Part shown: piece by piece, positions 1 to 12,600 of the stretch
Layout of the letters: the number at the start of each line of letters is the position of its first letter
Numbering within the stretch: position 1 is the stretch's first letter
Notes under the pieces: model-generated
Told to the model about the DNA's origin: nothing
What the model saw: only the letters and a program-made list of their open reading frames with translations
Database searches by the model: none
NCBI RefSeq assembly: GCF_964204645.1
Contig: NC_134032.1
Coordinates: forward strand, 1,302,001 to 1,366,000
Reading direction: 5' to 3'
Source of the DNA: Tubulanus polymorphus
Taxonomy: Eukaryota > Animalia > Nemertea
Length of the DNA stretch: 64,000 bases
Program-made: the position numbers and the translations under genes

Positions 1-1
1 T

Positions 2-265
2 AAACCGTATTCGACGTTGGTTTCGAACGCGCGTCGACTGATACCTCACAAACAACGCCGCTGCAAAGACACGACCGATTTGCAGCATCACTGCACGTGT
101 CGTTACGAGATCTGTATCGGCTGGTATCCATGCGGATTGAAATACTGTCGCGGCAAAGACAACGGCAAACCGACGAACTACCGCTGCGGGATTAAAACCT
201 GTCGCAAGTGTCGAATATTCGACTACGTCGCCAAACAGAAATCGTCGTGTTTGTGGGATGAGTAA
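2..265 (+). CDS. OAF: 3' end (last coding exon, partial) of out-at-first protein homolog
   Basis: Translation ...CTCRYEICIGWYPCGLKYCRGKD...YRCGIKTCRKCRIFDYVAKQKSSCLWDE* matches the Cys-rich C-terminus I recognise from OAF proteins; the frame is open from base 2, stop at 263-265. Confidence 0.9.
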   Translation, partial: KPYSTLVSNARRLIPHKQRRCKDTTDLQHHCTCRYEICIGWYPCGLKYCRGKDNGKPTNYRCGIKTCRKCRIFDYVAKQKSSCLWDE

Positions 266-423
266 CCAGGTGGCGCTACTATACCGCGCGCGTCCCCGAC
301 GAACTACCGCTGCGGGATTAAAACCTGTCGCAAGTGTCGAATATTCGACTACGTCGCCAAACAGAAATCGTCGTGTTTGTGGGATGAGTAACCAGGTGGC
401 GCTACTATACCGCGCGCGTCCCC
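170..423 (+). repeat. Exact 126-bp tandem duplication covering the last OAF codons, stop codon and start of 3' UTR
   Basis: 170-295 is repeated at 296-421 (ccgacgaactaccgc...gagtaaccagg...cgcgtccc). Confidence 0.95.
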
Positions 424-2478
424 CGGCGGTTATCAGCGGGGAGTTTGAATTTCTCGTTTGAAATACCGAACCTAGTCACTTCTACGAGCTGCCGTTTTGG
501 GGCAATTTCAGGGTGCGATCGAAGAGCTTGTCCGATCACCCGGATCAAGTAGATTCTCATCAGGGTCCGGTTGCATAGTCGTGGCTCGGACTTAAGACCA
601 GTCTAAGACCAACTTAGTTCTATATAGCCAATCTAACAACTTAAGACCAGGCATGTGTAGGGCAAGTTGATTTTGGAGGGCAAGCAAAATTTCAGATATG
701 CTTTCATTCCTAATAGATCGGACTCTGCAATTTAGATTAGAAAAGTTATTGCTTAAGATCCCTCAGGCTAGATCTCGGTGTTCTAAGCTTGGAGAAGACT
801 ATGATTTATGAAGTAAAAATGAAATATTTTTCATTATTCCTAAAAGGGCACTTATATGCCCGTGCAGGGGTGCGCCATGTATGCAGCGGAACAAGAGAGG
901 GTCAGATTGATGTGAAAAATGGTCCTCTGCTTAAGATGATATCCAAAATACATGAACAATTAAAAAAGTTTGAAAAGAAGCGAAAAGCACAAAGAATAGA
1001 AGTAATGATAATTATAATATTGATAATAATTAATGAAAAAATTTGAATATTGCAGAGTGCATGTATATAAATCTGACCTTCTGCTAGAGGGCGGTGTCTG
1101 TAACGTTTCAGCGAGTTGAGATCTGACTTGCCACTAGATGGCGGTGTTTTTGATGTTTCATGCGATCTGATGTTCGATCATTGAAATTAATTTCATGTTC
1201 GGCGTATTTCACTAATTCATAATCGAAATGATAATCGCTGAACATTTTTAGAATATAACGACAGCCGTTGTTTGAGGTTGTATTTATATTTTAACGGTGG
1301 TATTTTTTAATACCAGAAATGCTTCGACTATCAATAAATATGTCATTTCATAAACGGTGCTACTGGATATTGTGTGTGGGGGGTATGCAGAGGAGAGGGG
1401 AGGGCTGGGGAGAGGGGAGGGGTACTGAGGTATATAGATATTCTGTTATTTTAAACTTGTCTATCAGGGGCGGACTAGCTTTTGGGCAAAGTTGGGATGA
1501 TGGGCGGATATACACTCTTTTGTAGAGAATCGAGAATATTAGTTAAAATCCACTATATACAAAGATTATAAGATTAAAAATGAATTTTATTTATCAAAAA
1601 CTTTGTGTTTAGATTTAAATTTTTGAATTTTGTATATAGTGGCCCTTAAACTTGGAATCATTTTAATTCTTAGTAAATCAATGGACAATTTATTAATTCA
1701 TTTTCTGTTGCAATGATTCTGAAGATTTGCGTTGGAACGAATTAAGTAATTTATATTTCCACTTGAAAGTATTTGAGTTATTGTAATGTAATAAAATTCT
1801 CTAGTGTAACTGTGGTTAAATCTATTAAATGTGGTTTAATGTAGAATTTCTGTATCAGTTTTGTATAAATTGTAATAAAATATATCGATTGTAATAAATA
1901 TTTGTAATGTAACAAATGTCGTTAGTAATTCTACTTTGTATCTCGAGTATTGATTTGCTCCGAAGTCAAAGAGGGGCTCGCGACGACTATCTGCTTCACG
2001 TATGGCCGGCTTTGGACAATGCTGGGTCGACGGCGCACCCGGTTGGCCTCGTAAATACAGCATGGCGCTGGTGAACGGTTTAATATTGTCTCGCCTCTGG
2101 GAGTCGAACCCAGCCTCGCATGGCGCTGATATTTCTAGGAACTCTTAATTGATTTCCTGGCCGCTAGATGTCAACCGCGTAGTTAATATCGATCGAGCTT
2201 CGCGGAGCAGTCAACTGATGTATCAACTCCTCCTGGTGGGGAGGATGCATTTATCTAACGATGGCGAATAGAATCCGAGTGTAGTTACACTACTACTGTG
2301 TATCATCCAGCCTCTTAAAATGTTGCATTTACGCTTTCCCTATCATCGCCCGTAAATTAGGATACGCCGGATAGACTCGTCATTATCGATGGATTAAATT
2401 CTCTCAATCTCACAGATTTAGGATTAGTAGTTCGTTAGAGAGGAGTGCGTGTGTGTATATTTGAGAAACAACCGAACC

Positions 2479-2641
2479 ATGGCCACCGAAAATAGTGGCG
2501 GTGGCGGCGGCGGCGGCTGTAGCGAGGAAGAGATGGGACACGGACATTACTTCAATAAGCGAACTTTCCATAAGCCAACCTACTGCCATCATTGTACGGA
2601 TATGCTATGGGGTCTGATGGGCCAGGGTTATGTATGCGAGG
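2479..2641 (+). CDS. DGKQ: DGK-theta exon 1 (start; first part of C1 domain 1)
   Basis: accATGg context; MATENSGGG...[32 protein letters not shown]; donor g|gtaagt. Confidence 0.9.
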
Positions 2642-3516
2642 GTAAGTGTTAGTGTTGTTTCATTTACAGTAGTGTAGTTGTTAATGTATGCATCACCACC
2701 GTGTGTCAGCAGCAGCAGCAGCAGCAGTAACCGGGGCTGTGAGAAGAGCAGGGAGCAATCTGTTTACTGTCTACCCCTGTCGTTGCTGTCATCCATACTA
2801 ATACTATAACTGTCAAACCGACTATTATTGGCCCCAATCCCCTACACGCCTAACCTGGTCAACCTACTACGTACCCACGTACCTGCAATCTATCAATTTA
2901 ATGGTCAACCGGCTCCTCGCCGAAATCAAACATGCTTATTGCCAAATTGCTTTAGATACCGGTAAACAGTTAACTCCGCAAGGTACTTTAATACGGGCTA
3001 TGATACTGGAAGATATATTGATAATCCACTTAATGATTTAAAAATTCCTATTCTCCAGTTCAACTTCGATCCACCATTTTTGAAATTCGCCATTTTACAA
3101 CGGGCGCGTCTCCTGTCTCTCTATACACTAGGCCGAGGTAGTAAACGACCCTATCTCACGTGATGACAACGAGCCGCTGAAGTTGGGACCAAGCCGCACA
3201 CTGCCGATGATTGCCGAAGTGAATTTGTTCTGAAGGACTAGGAAATTTTATCGTGAAAGGGGCGAAGAAAGGGCATTCGAAAAAATTTGAGACAGTCATT
3301 AAGCCCTACCATAAGTACACGTAGCCCTAAGACATGTACCGCTATGTAAATGTACACATATTATTTAGATACATATTGGTTTTGCAGTAACAATGTACTA
3401 TTAATAGAAGTACATTAATAAAGGCTCGGGTGGAAATTTACAAGTTTTTAAAGGACCATTTTTCAATTTTTTGAGGGGAATAGAATTTGATGGATTGCCT
3501 TAAAAGGCTATATGGG

Positions 3517-3612
<96 letters not shown>

Positions 3613-6600
3613 GTACTAGTACAGAGCACATATATGGACGGATTCAATTCAGAAAATTAAGAGCTGAAGGCTTGTCTTGGTGTTTGGTTTAGGCGCGTGA
3701 GTATCTATACCCTAGACACGTTTTGCCTACAGCCCAAAAACCGGTCCGACTGGAATCCAGAAGGATGACTGGCGGCGGTCGTCGTTTGTCGAAATTAACA
3801 CCCCGCGTGTTTTTAGTTTTCCGAGCAAATTTTGATCCATATTGTCTAAACGTTTCAGCGCCTGGGGCCGGTTGCACAGTCGTGACTGAAGTCCAAAAAT
3901 GGTCTTAAATCTTAAGACTGGTCTTAAGTTGTTAGATCGGCTATAGAACTAAGTTGGTCTTAAACTGGTCTTAAATCTAAGTCATGACTATGCGACCGAC
4001 CCCTGGGGCTTATCGTCTTCAGAAAAAATTGGGTCGACCGGACGCTTATCTGAATCGTAGGCCTGTCCCGGATTTGGGATTACGCAGTTTTATTGTTCCC
4101 CGCTAGGGGGAGTCGAATATCGAATATATTTCCATTCCTCTCCCTCTCATCTGTTCTCTCACTCGCCTCACTCCAGAAGCTAGTAGATGAAATAGGGTTG
4201 CTCTATCAGTTCTGTTGTTACCATGGATACGAGAGACAGTCGTGCTAATGCTGCATACATACTGTTGTAACGGAGGCTATACTGGCTGTACGGCGAGCGC
4301 GTAGTTCAGCTATACATGCGCTCTATCCCACCCTATTCATACAACCTGGTCCCGAGTATCGACTAGGTCTATTCCTGTAACGGTATATCCTAGGCCCTGT
4401 TTTAGACGGGGGTTATCCTTTACGGGAATCCGTTTTATAAACCGGGTCCGGTTCCACGGTTGTGAGTTAAGATTTGACCCGGGGTTAAAACATCGAAAAT
4501 GATCCGACTTTAACTCGGAGTTATCTCTAACTCACAACTGTGGAACTGGATCCTGAGTTCAGAGTTAACTCTAACTCACAACTGTGGAACTGGATCCTGA
4601 GTTCAGAGTTAACTCTAACTCACAACTGTGGAACTGGATCCTGAGTTAAGATTTTGACTCTAAGTTTACTCATTGAAAATGAACTAACTTAAACTCGGAG
4701 TTAACTCTAACTCACAACTGTGGAACCGGGTCCTGGGTATCACCTATCCCTAGGTTAAAATCGTTAACCGGGGCTAGGTTTCATAGAGGTGGAAGGAAAA
4801 TAGTCCCTGGGAATATTTCGAAATTCGTCAGTTATAACCATGGTTTCTCATTGTTACTACGGCGGTTGTTACCCAGATTGAGGATTTACCCCTAGGGCTA
4901 ACTTTGATACTCGGTCTATGAAACCGGACTGGTTTTGTAATACGGGGTATCAAAGTTAGCCCGGGGTAATATCCATAAAAACCTGGGCCCGGTTTTGTAT
5001 CTGAAGCATCAGAGTAATCCCTAGTATTAAATCCCTTACCCGGGGCCGGTTCCATAGTCGAGACTTAAGTCCAAAAATGAATCTTAAGACTGGTCTTAAG
5101 CTGTTAGGTTAGCGTTAGAACTAAGATAGTCTTAGACTGGTCTAAGCCATGACTATGTAACCAGCCCCTGGACCAGGTTCTATAGACAGGCTTAAACAAA
5201 CGTAGGTTTGTAGGTTGGGCATCAAAGACTATCCCTAGGGTTAAATCCTTTTAACGTGGACCAGGTTAGGCCGGTGCCTCAGGTGAGAACTAAAAATTCA
5301 TAATGACAGAACACTGAACGTGTCAGATGAAGTCTCTGTAGCGTCCTGAAACTGGTGCGGCAAGTTGGCCGTTGAATTTCGGCTATATCCAAAAATTGTG
5401 CGCGGTTTTTACAGGTTTTGTTCCAAGATTGGCAGATTTCGAGCGGGTCCTGCACCTAGAACCTATATAGAAAGTAGTTCGACCATCATCGCGCTGTCAT
5501 ACAACGTGATTACTTCATTTGGTCCTGGTCTTTAAAATGTTGTATTTAAGCATGAAGTAGATCGAACTTCTGAATTGTTGGTGTAATCGCTATTTGGTTA
5601 CTTCACGTTCGATGAGGGCAACAATTCAAACTCGACCGTCTTAAGCTTGATACAATTTTTTATGAAACCGGGCCCTGGGTGTTTGAACTGGCAGCATCAT
5701 TTCTGGGTTAGATTTTATGATTAGCGAATGTTCTGGGTCCAGTTCCGCAGTTCTGAGTTAAGATTTGACCCTGGGTTGAAACATCGAAAATGAACAAACT
5801 TTAACTCAGAGTTAACTCTAACTCACAACTGTGGAACTGGGACCTGGGTTTTATGAGAAATATTGGCTTAATTTGGGTTTTTGGGCGGACTTTTTACTCA
5901 AGTGGTCGCCGTCTACCGGCACTGATGCCTGCCTGATATGTCCCTCCCTATACAACGGTCGAATTGCAAATTCAATCAAACTTATTTAACTAATTTACCA
6001 ATTCCAATTGGATTTTATTGAGCAAAAATCGAAGGAGAAGCAAATTGTTTATTTTGTCAAATTAAGCCACAAATAGTGCAAAACCACCAGCTGGCTATAG
6101 GACCCCTGGGCCGACTGGCTATAGGATCCCTGGGCTGGCTAGCTATAGGATCCCTGGGCCGGCTAGCTATAGGACCCCTGGGCCGGCTAGCTATAGGACC
6201 CCTGGGCCGACTGGCTATAGGACCCGTGGGCCGACTGGCTATAGGACCCCTGGGCCGACTGGCTATAGGACCCCTGGGCCTTCTTATCGGCTGTTGATTT
6301 CATGAATGAACTGAGTTTAATGGTTAAGTTTTGGTAAATATTTTCAGTTTGTAATTTTGTCGTTCATGACCGATGTTTAAGAGCTGTCGTATCACCATGT
6401 TCCAGTATCGCACATAATCTGATAAAGGTAAGTTTACGAAAATTGGTGCCCCTAGAGTTTGTCAAATACTCCCACCTGTTTCTGATTTGTTCTTAGACAG
6501 GTCTAAGTCTAAGCCATGACTATACAACTGGCCCCAAGGTGTTAGATACTTGTCAGACTGTCTCTGCCCACGGTGAAGTTTAAACTGGTTAAATTCTACC

Positions 6601-9600
6601 ACGAGTTGGTCTTAGATACTTGTCAGACTGTCTCTGCCCACGGTGAAGTTTAAACTGGTTAAATTCTACCACGAGTTGGTCTTAGATACTTGTCAGACTC
6701 TCTCTGGCAATGGTGAAGTTTAAACTGGTTAAATTCTACCACGAGTCAGTCTTAGATACTTGTCAGACTGTCTCTGCCCACGGTGAAGTTTAAACTGGTT
6801 AGATTCTATCACGAGTTGGTCTTAGATGCTTGTCACACTGTCTCTGCCCACGGTGAAGTTTAAACTGGTTAAACTCTACCACGAGTTGGTCTTAGATACT
6901 TGTCAGACTGTCTCTGCCCACGGTGAAGTTTAAACTGGTTAGATTCTACCACGAGTTGGTCTTAGATACTTGTCAGACTGTCTCTGCCCACGGTGAAGTT
7001 TAAACTGGTTAAACTCTACCACGAGTTGGTCTTAGATACTTGTCAGACTGTCTCTGCCCACGGTGAAGTTTAAACTGGTTAAATTCTACCACAAGTTGGT
7101 CTTAGATACTTGTCAGACTGTCTCTGCCCACGGTGAAGTTTAAACTGGTTAAATTTTACCACGAGTTGGTCTTAGATACTTGTCAGACTGTCTCTGCCCA
7201 CGGTGAAGTTTAAACTGGTTAGACTCTACCACGAGTTGGTCTTAGATACTTGTCAGACTGTCTCTGCCCACGGTGAAGTTTAAACTGGTTAAATTCTACC
7301 ACGAGTCGGTCTTAGATACTTGTCAGACTGTCTCTGACCACGGTGAAGTTTAAACTGGTTAAACTCTACCACGAGTTGGTCTTAGATACTTGTCAGACTG
7401 TCTCTGCCCACGGTGAAGTTTAAACTGGTTAAATTCTACCACGAGTTGGTCTTAGATACTTGTCAGACTGTCTCTGCCCACGGTGAAGTTTAAACTGGTT
7501 AAACTCTACCACGAGTTGGTCTTAGATACTTGTCAGACTGTCTCTGCCCACGGTGAAGTTTAAACTGGTTAAATTCTACCACGAGTTGGTCTTAGATACT
7601 TGTCAGACTGTCTCTGCCCACGGTGAAGTTTAAACTGGTTAAACTCTACCACGAGTTGGTCTTAGATACTTGTCAGACTGTCTCTGCCCACGGTGAAGTT
7701 TAAACTGGTTAAATTCTACCACGAGTTGGTCTTAGATACTTGTCAGACTGTCTCTGCCCACGGTGAAGTTTAAACTGGTTAAATTCTACCACGAGTTGGT
7801 CTTAGATACTTGTCAGACTCTCTCTGGCAATGGTGAAGTTTAAACTGGTTAAATTCTACCACGAGTTGGTCTTAGATACTTGTCAGACTCTCTCTGGCAA
7901 TGGTGAAGTTTAAACTGGTTAAATTCTACCACGAGTTGGTCTTAGATACTTGTCAGACTCTCTCTGGCAATGGTGAAGTTTAAACTGGTTAAATTCTACC
8001 ACGAGTTGGTCTTAGATACTTGTCAGACTGTCTCTGACCACGGTGAAGTTTAAACTGGTTAAATTCTACCACGAGTTGATAAAGTAAATGTGTGAAATAC
8101 AGAATACTGCTTCTTACCGCAGTAGGCTATAGTTGACACCAGTTCTATACCGACAAGTTAGAATCAAATATTGAATATAACATTTTGAGAAATGGAGTCG
8201 ACTCTTGAAACTCAAGAGTCAGTATCATCTAGTGACTATAATTTGATGTACGTGGTATCTATGCTCTTGATAATATGTAATGGTTCAGCAATAGGCCACT
8301 CAATTTGAATTGAATTTCTAATGATATTTTCGGTCGCACACTCTGTACGTCATGTACGTCATGTACGTGTCGTATTTACAATTAACAATTGTCATTATCT
8401 ATGTAATGATTATACACACACACACTGAGCTCACACAGGTGTTGAGTTGAATGTAATATAAAACATTGTTGAAACAACTGACATCAGTATAAAAACAGTT
8501 CAAATAACATTCAATTCCTCCCCCTCCCTTCCCCTCGACCCCGCTCCCTTCCCCTCAGCCCCGCTCCCTTCCCCTCGACCCCGCTGCAGTCCCCCCTCAC
8601 ACAAAAACTGTCTCGACTCTCAAACTCTCTACTGGCTCTCCTCTCTCCTGGCCTGGCTCTCCTCTCCCCTGGCCTGGTGGCTCTCCTTTCCCCTGGCCTG
8701 GTGGCTCTCCTTTCCCCTGGCCTGGCTCTCCTCTCTCCTGGCCTGGCTCTCCTCTCCCCTGGCCTGGTGGCTCTCCTTTCCCCTGGCCTGGTGGCTCTCC
8801 TTTCCCCTGGCCTGGCTCTCCTCTCTCCTGGCCTGGTGGCTCTGCTCTCCCCTGGCCTGGCTCTCCTCTCCCCTGGCCTGGTGGCTCTCCTCTCCCCTGG
8901 CCTGGCTCTCCTCTCTCCTGGCCTGGTGGATCTGCTCTCCCCTGGCCTGGCTCTCCTCTCCCCTGGCCTGGTGGCTCTCCTCTCCCCTGGCCTGGTGGCT
9001 CTCCTCTCTCCTGGCTTGGCTCCTCTCTCCTCTCTCCTGGCCTGGCTCCTCTCTCCTGGCCTGGCTCCTCTCTCCTGGCCTGGCTCTCCTCTCTCCTGGC
9101 CTGGCTCCTCTCCCCTGGCCTGGCTCCTCTCCCCTGGTCTGGCTCCTCTCCCCTGGTCTGGCTCTGCTCCTCTCTTCTCTCCTCTCTCTTTCTATATGAT
9201 TCAGTTTAATGTAGTGGAGGGAGCATGCAGTGATTGTGTAGCCCCTGTATTAGCGGGTAGCAGTACTATTCAGTCAGTACAGAGCCTACTGCTACTGGTG
9301 CTGCTGCTGCTGCTACTGCTGCTGCTGCTACGACTTGATATCAATTCCCGATGAAATCTCGTCTGATGGGGAACCGGTTTATACCGATGATCCCTCGATT
9401 GTAACATTTTCTCTGATACGACAAAATACGAATCTACATTTTGTGAACCTGTTATTAGATAAGGCATCAACAGATCATTAACGCGATCTTTTCCAACACA
9501 AACTTCTCCCCGAGTTGGCCTACGACAATACAATATCGAGGGTCCCTGGGATGAAATTCTACAATTATCAATATGAAATTTAGTCCCTTACAGAAACTGA

Positions 9601-12600
9601 ATTAACCGATGGACTAACAGTTATCTCAATATCGGAGGTCCCTGGGATGAAATTCTACAATTATCAATATGAAATTTAGTCCCTTACATAAACTGAATTA
9701 ACCGATGTACTAACAGTTATCTCAATATCGGAGGTCCCTGGGATGAAATTCTACAATTATCAATATGAAATTTAGTCCCTTACAGAAACTGGATTAACCG
9801 ATGTACTAACAGTTATCTCAATATCGGAGGTCCCTGGGATGAAATTCTACGATTATCAATATGAAATTTAGTCCCTTACAGAAACTGAATTAACCGATGT
9901 ACTAACAGTTATCTCAATATCGGAGGTCCCTGGGATGAAATGCTACAATTATCAATATGAAATTTAGTCCTTTACAGAAACTGAATTAACCGATGTACTA
10001 ACAGTTATCTCAATATCGGAGGTCCCTGGGATGAAATTCTACGATTATCAATATGAAATTTAGTCCCTTACAGAAACTGGATTAACCGATGTACTAACAG
10101 TTATCTCAATATCGGAGGTCCCTGGGATGAAATTCTACAATTATCAATATGAAATTAGTCCCTTACAGAAACTGAATTAACCGATGTACTAACAGTTATC
10201 TCAATATCGGAGGTCCCTGGGATGAAATTCTACAATTATCAATATGAAATTTAGTCCCTTACAGAAACTGGATTAACCGATGTACTAACAGTTATCTCAA
10301 TATCGGAGGTCCCTGGGATGAAATTCTACAATTATCAATATGAAATTTAGTCCCTTACAGAAACTGGATTAACCGATGTATTAACAGTTATCTCAATATC
10401 GGAGGTCCCTGGGATGAAATTCTTCAATTATCAATATGAAATTTAGTCCCTTACAGAAACTGGATTAACCGATGTACTAACAGTTATCTCTGGTCATCGT
10501 GATTTCTATCGCGATTCTATCGTGTCGATATATCCGCAGCCCGATTTATAAACTCATCGTCTTTTTCTTTTTCTATTCGTCTATTTTCAGTATCCAGTTG
10601 CTCATTGTTGGTCGGAACCGGCGCATTTTAAACGGAAATTCTGTAACGTTTGCCGTAAACGATTGGAGGACAGTTGGGCGATACGGTGCGAAGTGTGCGA
10701 ATATTACGCCCACCTCGACTGTCAGGATTTCGTCGTTAGCGACTGTAAACATTGCGCAACATATAGCCCCAATAAAAACTCTAATGTAAGTATATATATA
10801 TATATATATATATGAATATATTGAGGTTGTGGTGAATGTGTGTCTGGATACGAGGGCCGAGGGCTGAGGGCCGCCCGCGTGCGTGCGTGAAAGAGGGCTG
10901 GAATCAGGATACACCCGCCGTCCGGCCGGCCCGCCCGCGTGAGTGAGTGTGATAGCTAAGACCTGTGTTCGACGGCCCGCTGCTGAGCGTCTGCTGATTG
11001 CGTGCGTGCGTGTGTATCACGGTGTTCATGGAGGGAAATATCGCGGGGACGAAATCATCGGTGGATACCGTGAATACCGTGGACCCGGTACCCTTTGGAT
11101 ACCGTGGTGGACCCAGTTCCCTGTGGATACCGTGGTGGACCCAGTTCCCTGTGGATACCGTGGATACCGTGTTCCACAGTTGCGAGTTAAGATTTGACTG
11201 TTGTCAGTTAACTGTTAATCGCAATTGTGGAACCGGATCCGGAATTTTTGGAAGAGTGAGTGTTAGACCCAGGGGGCGATATGTATTTGAGCCAAACTGT
11301 GTTTGTGTTTGATGCCCCCTGGGACTGTGTTTGATGCCCCCGGGGCTGTTATAGGTTCACTTGGTCAGGTAAGTTCATGAAGGTATGATAATACTGTTAG
11401 CTAGTCATACGGGATCATTTTAGGCATATCACACGGTATTTTGACTATCTACTTTAGGCCTATTAAAGTTGAGGTAAATTTTTCGGTTAAAAAAAAAAGT
11501 TGCGCAATAGTCTTTGTTCACCCCCTCCCCCTTTCTTCAGCGTTAACCCTTTCAGTGCTGACTAATTAATACCCTATCGTGCGGGAGAAAATTTGAAAAT
11601 TTTTAAAATTCCACCCTGGTGTGTTGAATAACGGGAATTAGCACTAAAGTGCGTCTACACCGCGGCGCGGTGTATCGTTAGTTACTAATATTTCACTATG
11701 TTTGACAGGTGCCATCTTTCAATAGAGATATTAATTAAATACTAATTACATCAATACACCGCAGTGCGGTGTACTAGCAAAATCCATCACCGATTCATAA
11801 ACCGCACTGCGGTGTAGACGCACTGAAAGGGTTAATAAAGAGTCTTTACAACCGAGTACAATAATAATCATAATCATTGTAAATCGTTGTAGTAGAATTG
11901 GCGCCATGTTTGGCTAGTTAGATGAATGCGTGAATATATATCCTGTGTATTGATTAGTAACACAAGTGGTCGCACGCGTTGTAACTTGGCCGCTGAAGCT
12001 GTTCTCATCTCCGTTTCGAGTCGATTTTGGAATTACGTTTACAAAAAGCAACGAAATATCGGCGTCCTAGATTGAAGTTGTAAAAATATACATTTTTTCA
12101 TCAAAATGGAGGCAATTACAAAGAATGAGAATATTGCATAGTTAGAATTTGTGACTGTTGCGGTAACTGGCACCACTGGCATGTCCAACGTGCCATGAAA
12201 ATAACTGGTTATAAGTTTCCCGGAGAGATGTTGATGCATTCTTCTAGTTTTGTCGGCGTTGCCAGTGAATTAGGCACAAACTAGTTAATTTTGAAAAGGG
12301 ACAGATTTTGAGAATGAAAAAAGTGAAGTAAATATGATGATGAATATAGCTGTAAATCAGCAATAACGGGTTTTCTGCATAGTTGCACCTTTTGCATCAA
12401 GGAATTATATATATCAATATATTTCACATCAATATATTATATAATGTAGACATAAATACTGCGGTATTTATACACTGTAGGCATTAGTTCCACAGTATCC
12501 GGTATTTTATACATTGTAGGCATTAGTTCCACAGTATCCGGTATTTTATATATTGTAGACATAAATACTGCGGTATTTATACACTGTAGGCATTAGTTCC

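Noticed and set aside
6541-8078. Regular repeat array resembling CRISPR
   Set aside because: Units are contiguous and near-identical with no unique spacers; eukaryotic intron; no cas genes.
8677-9354. 225-aa ORF (LALLSPG repeats)
   Set aside because: Translation of a stop-free minisatellite inside DGK intron 2.
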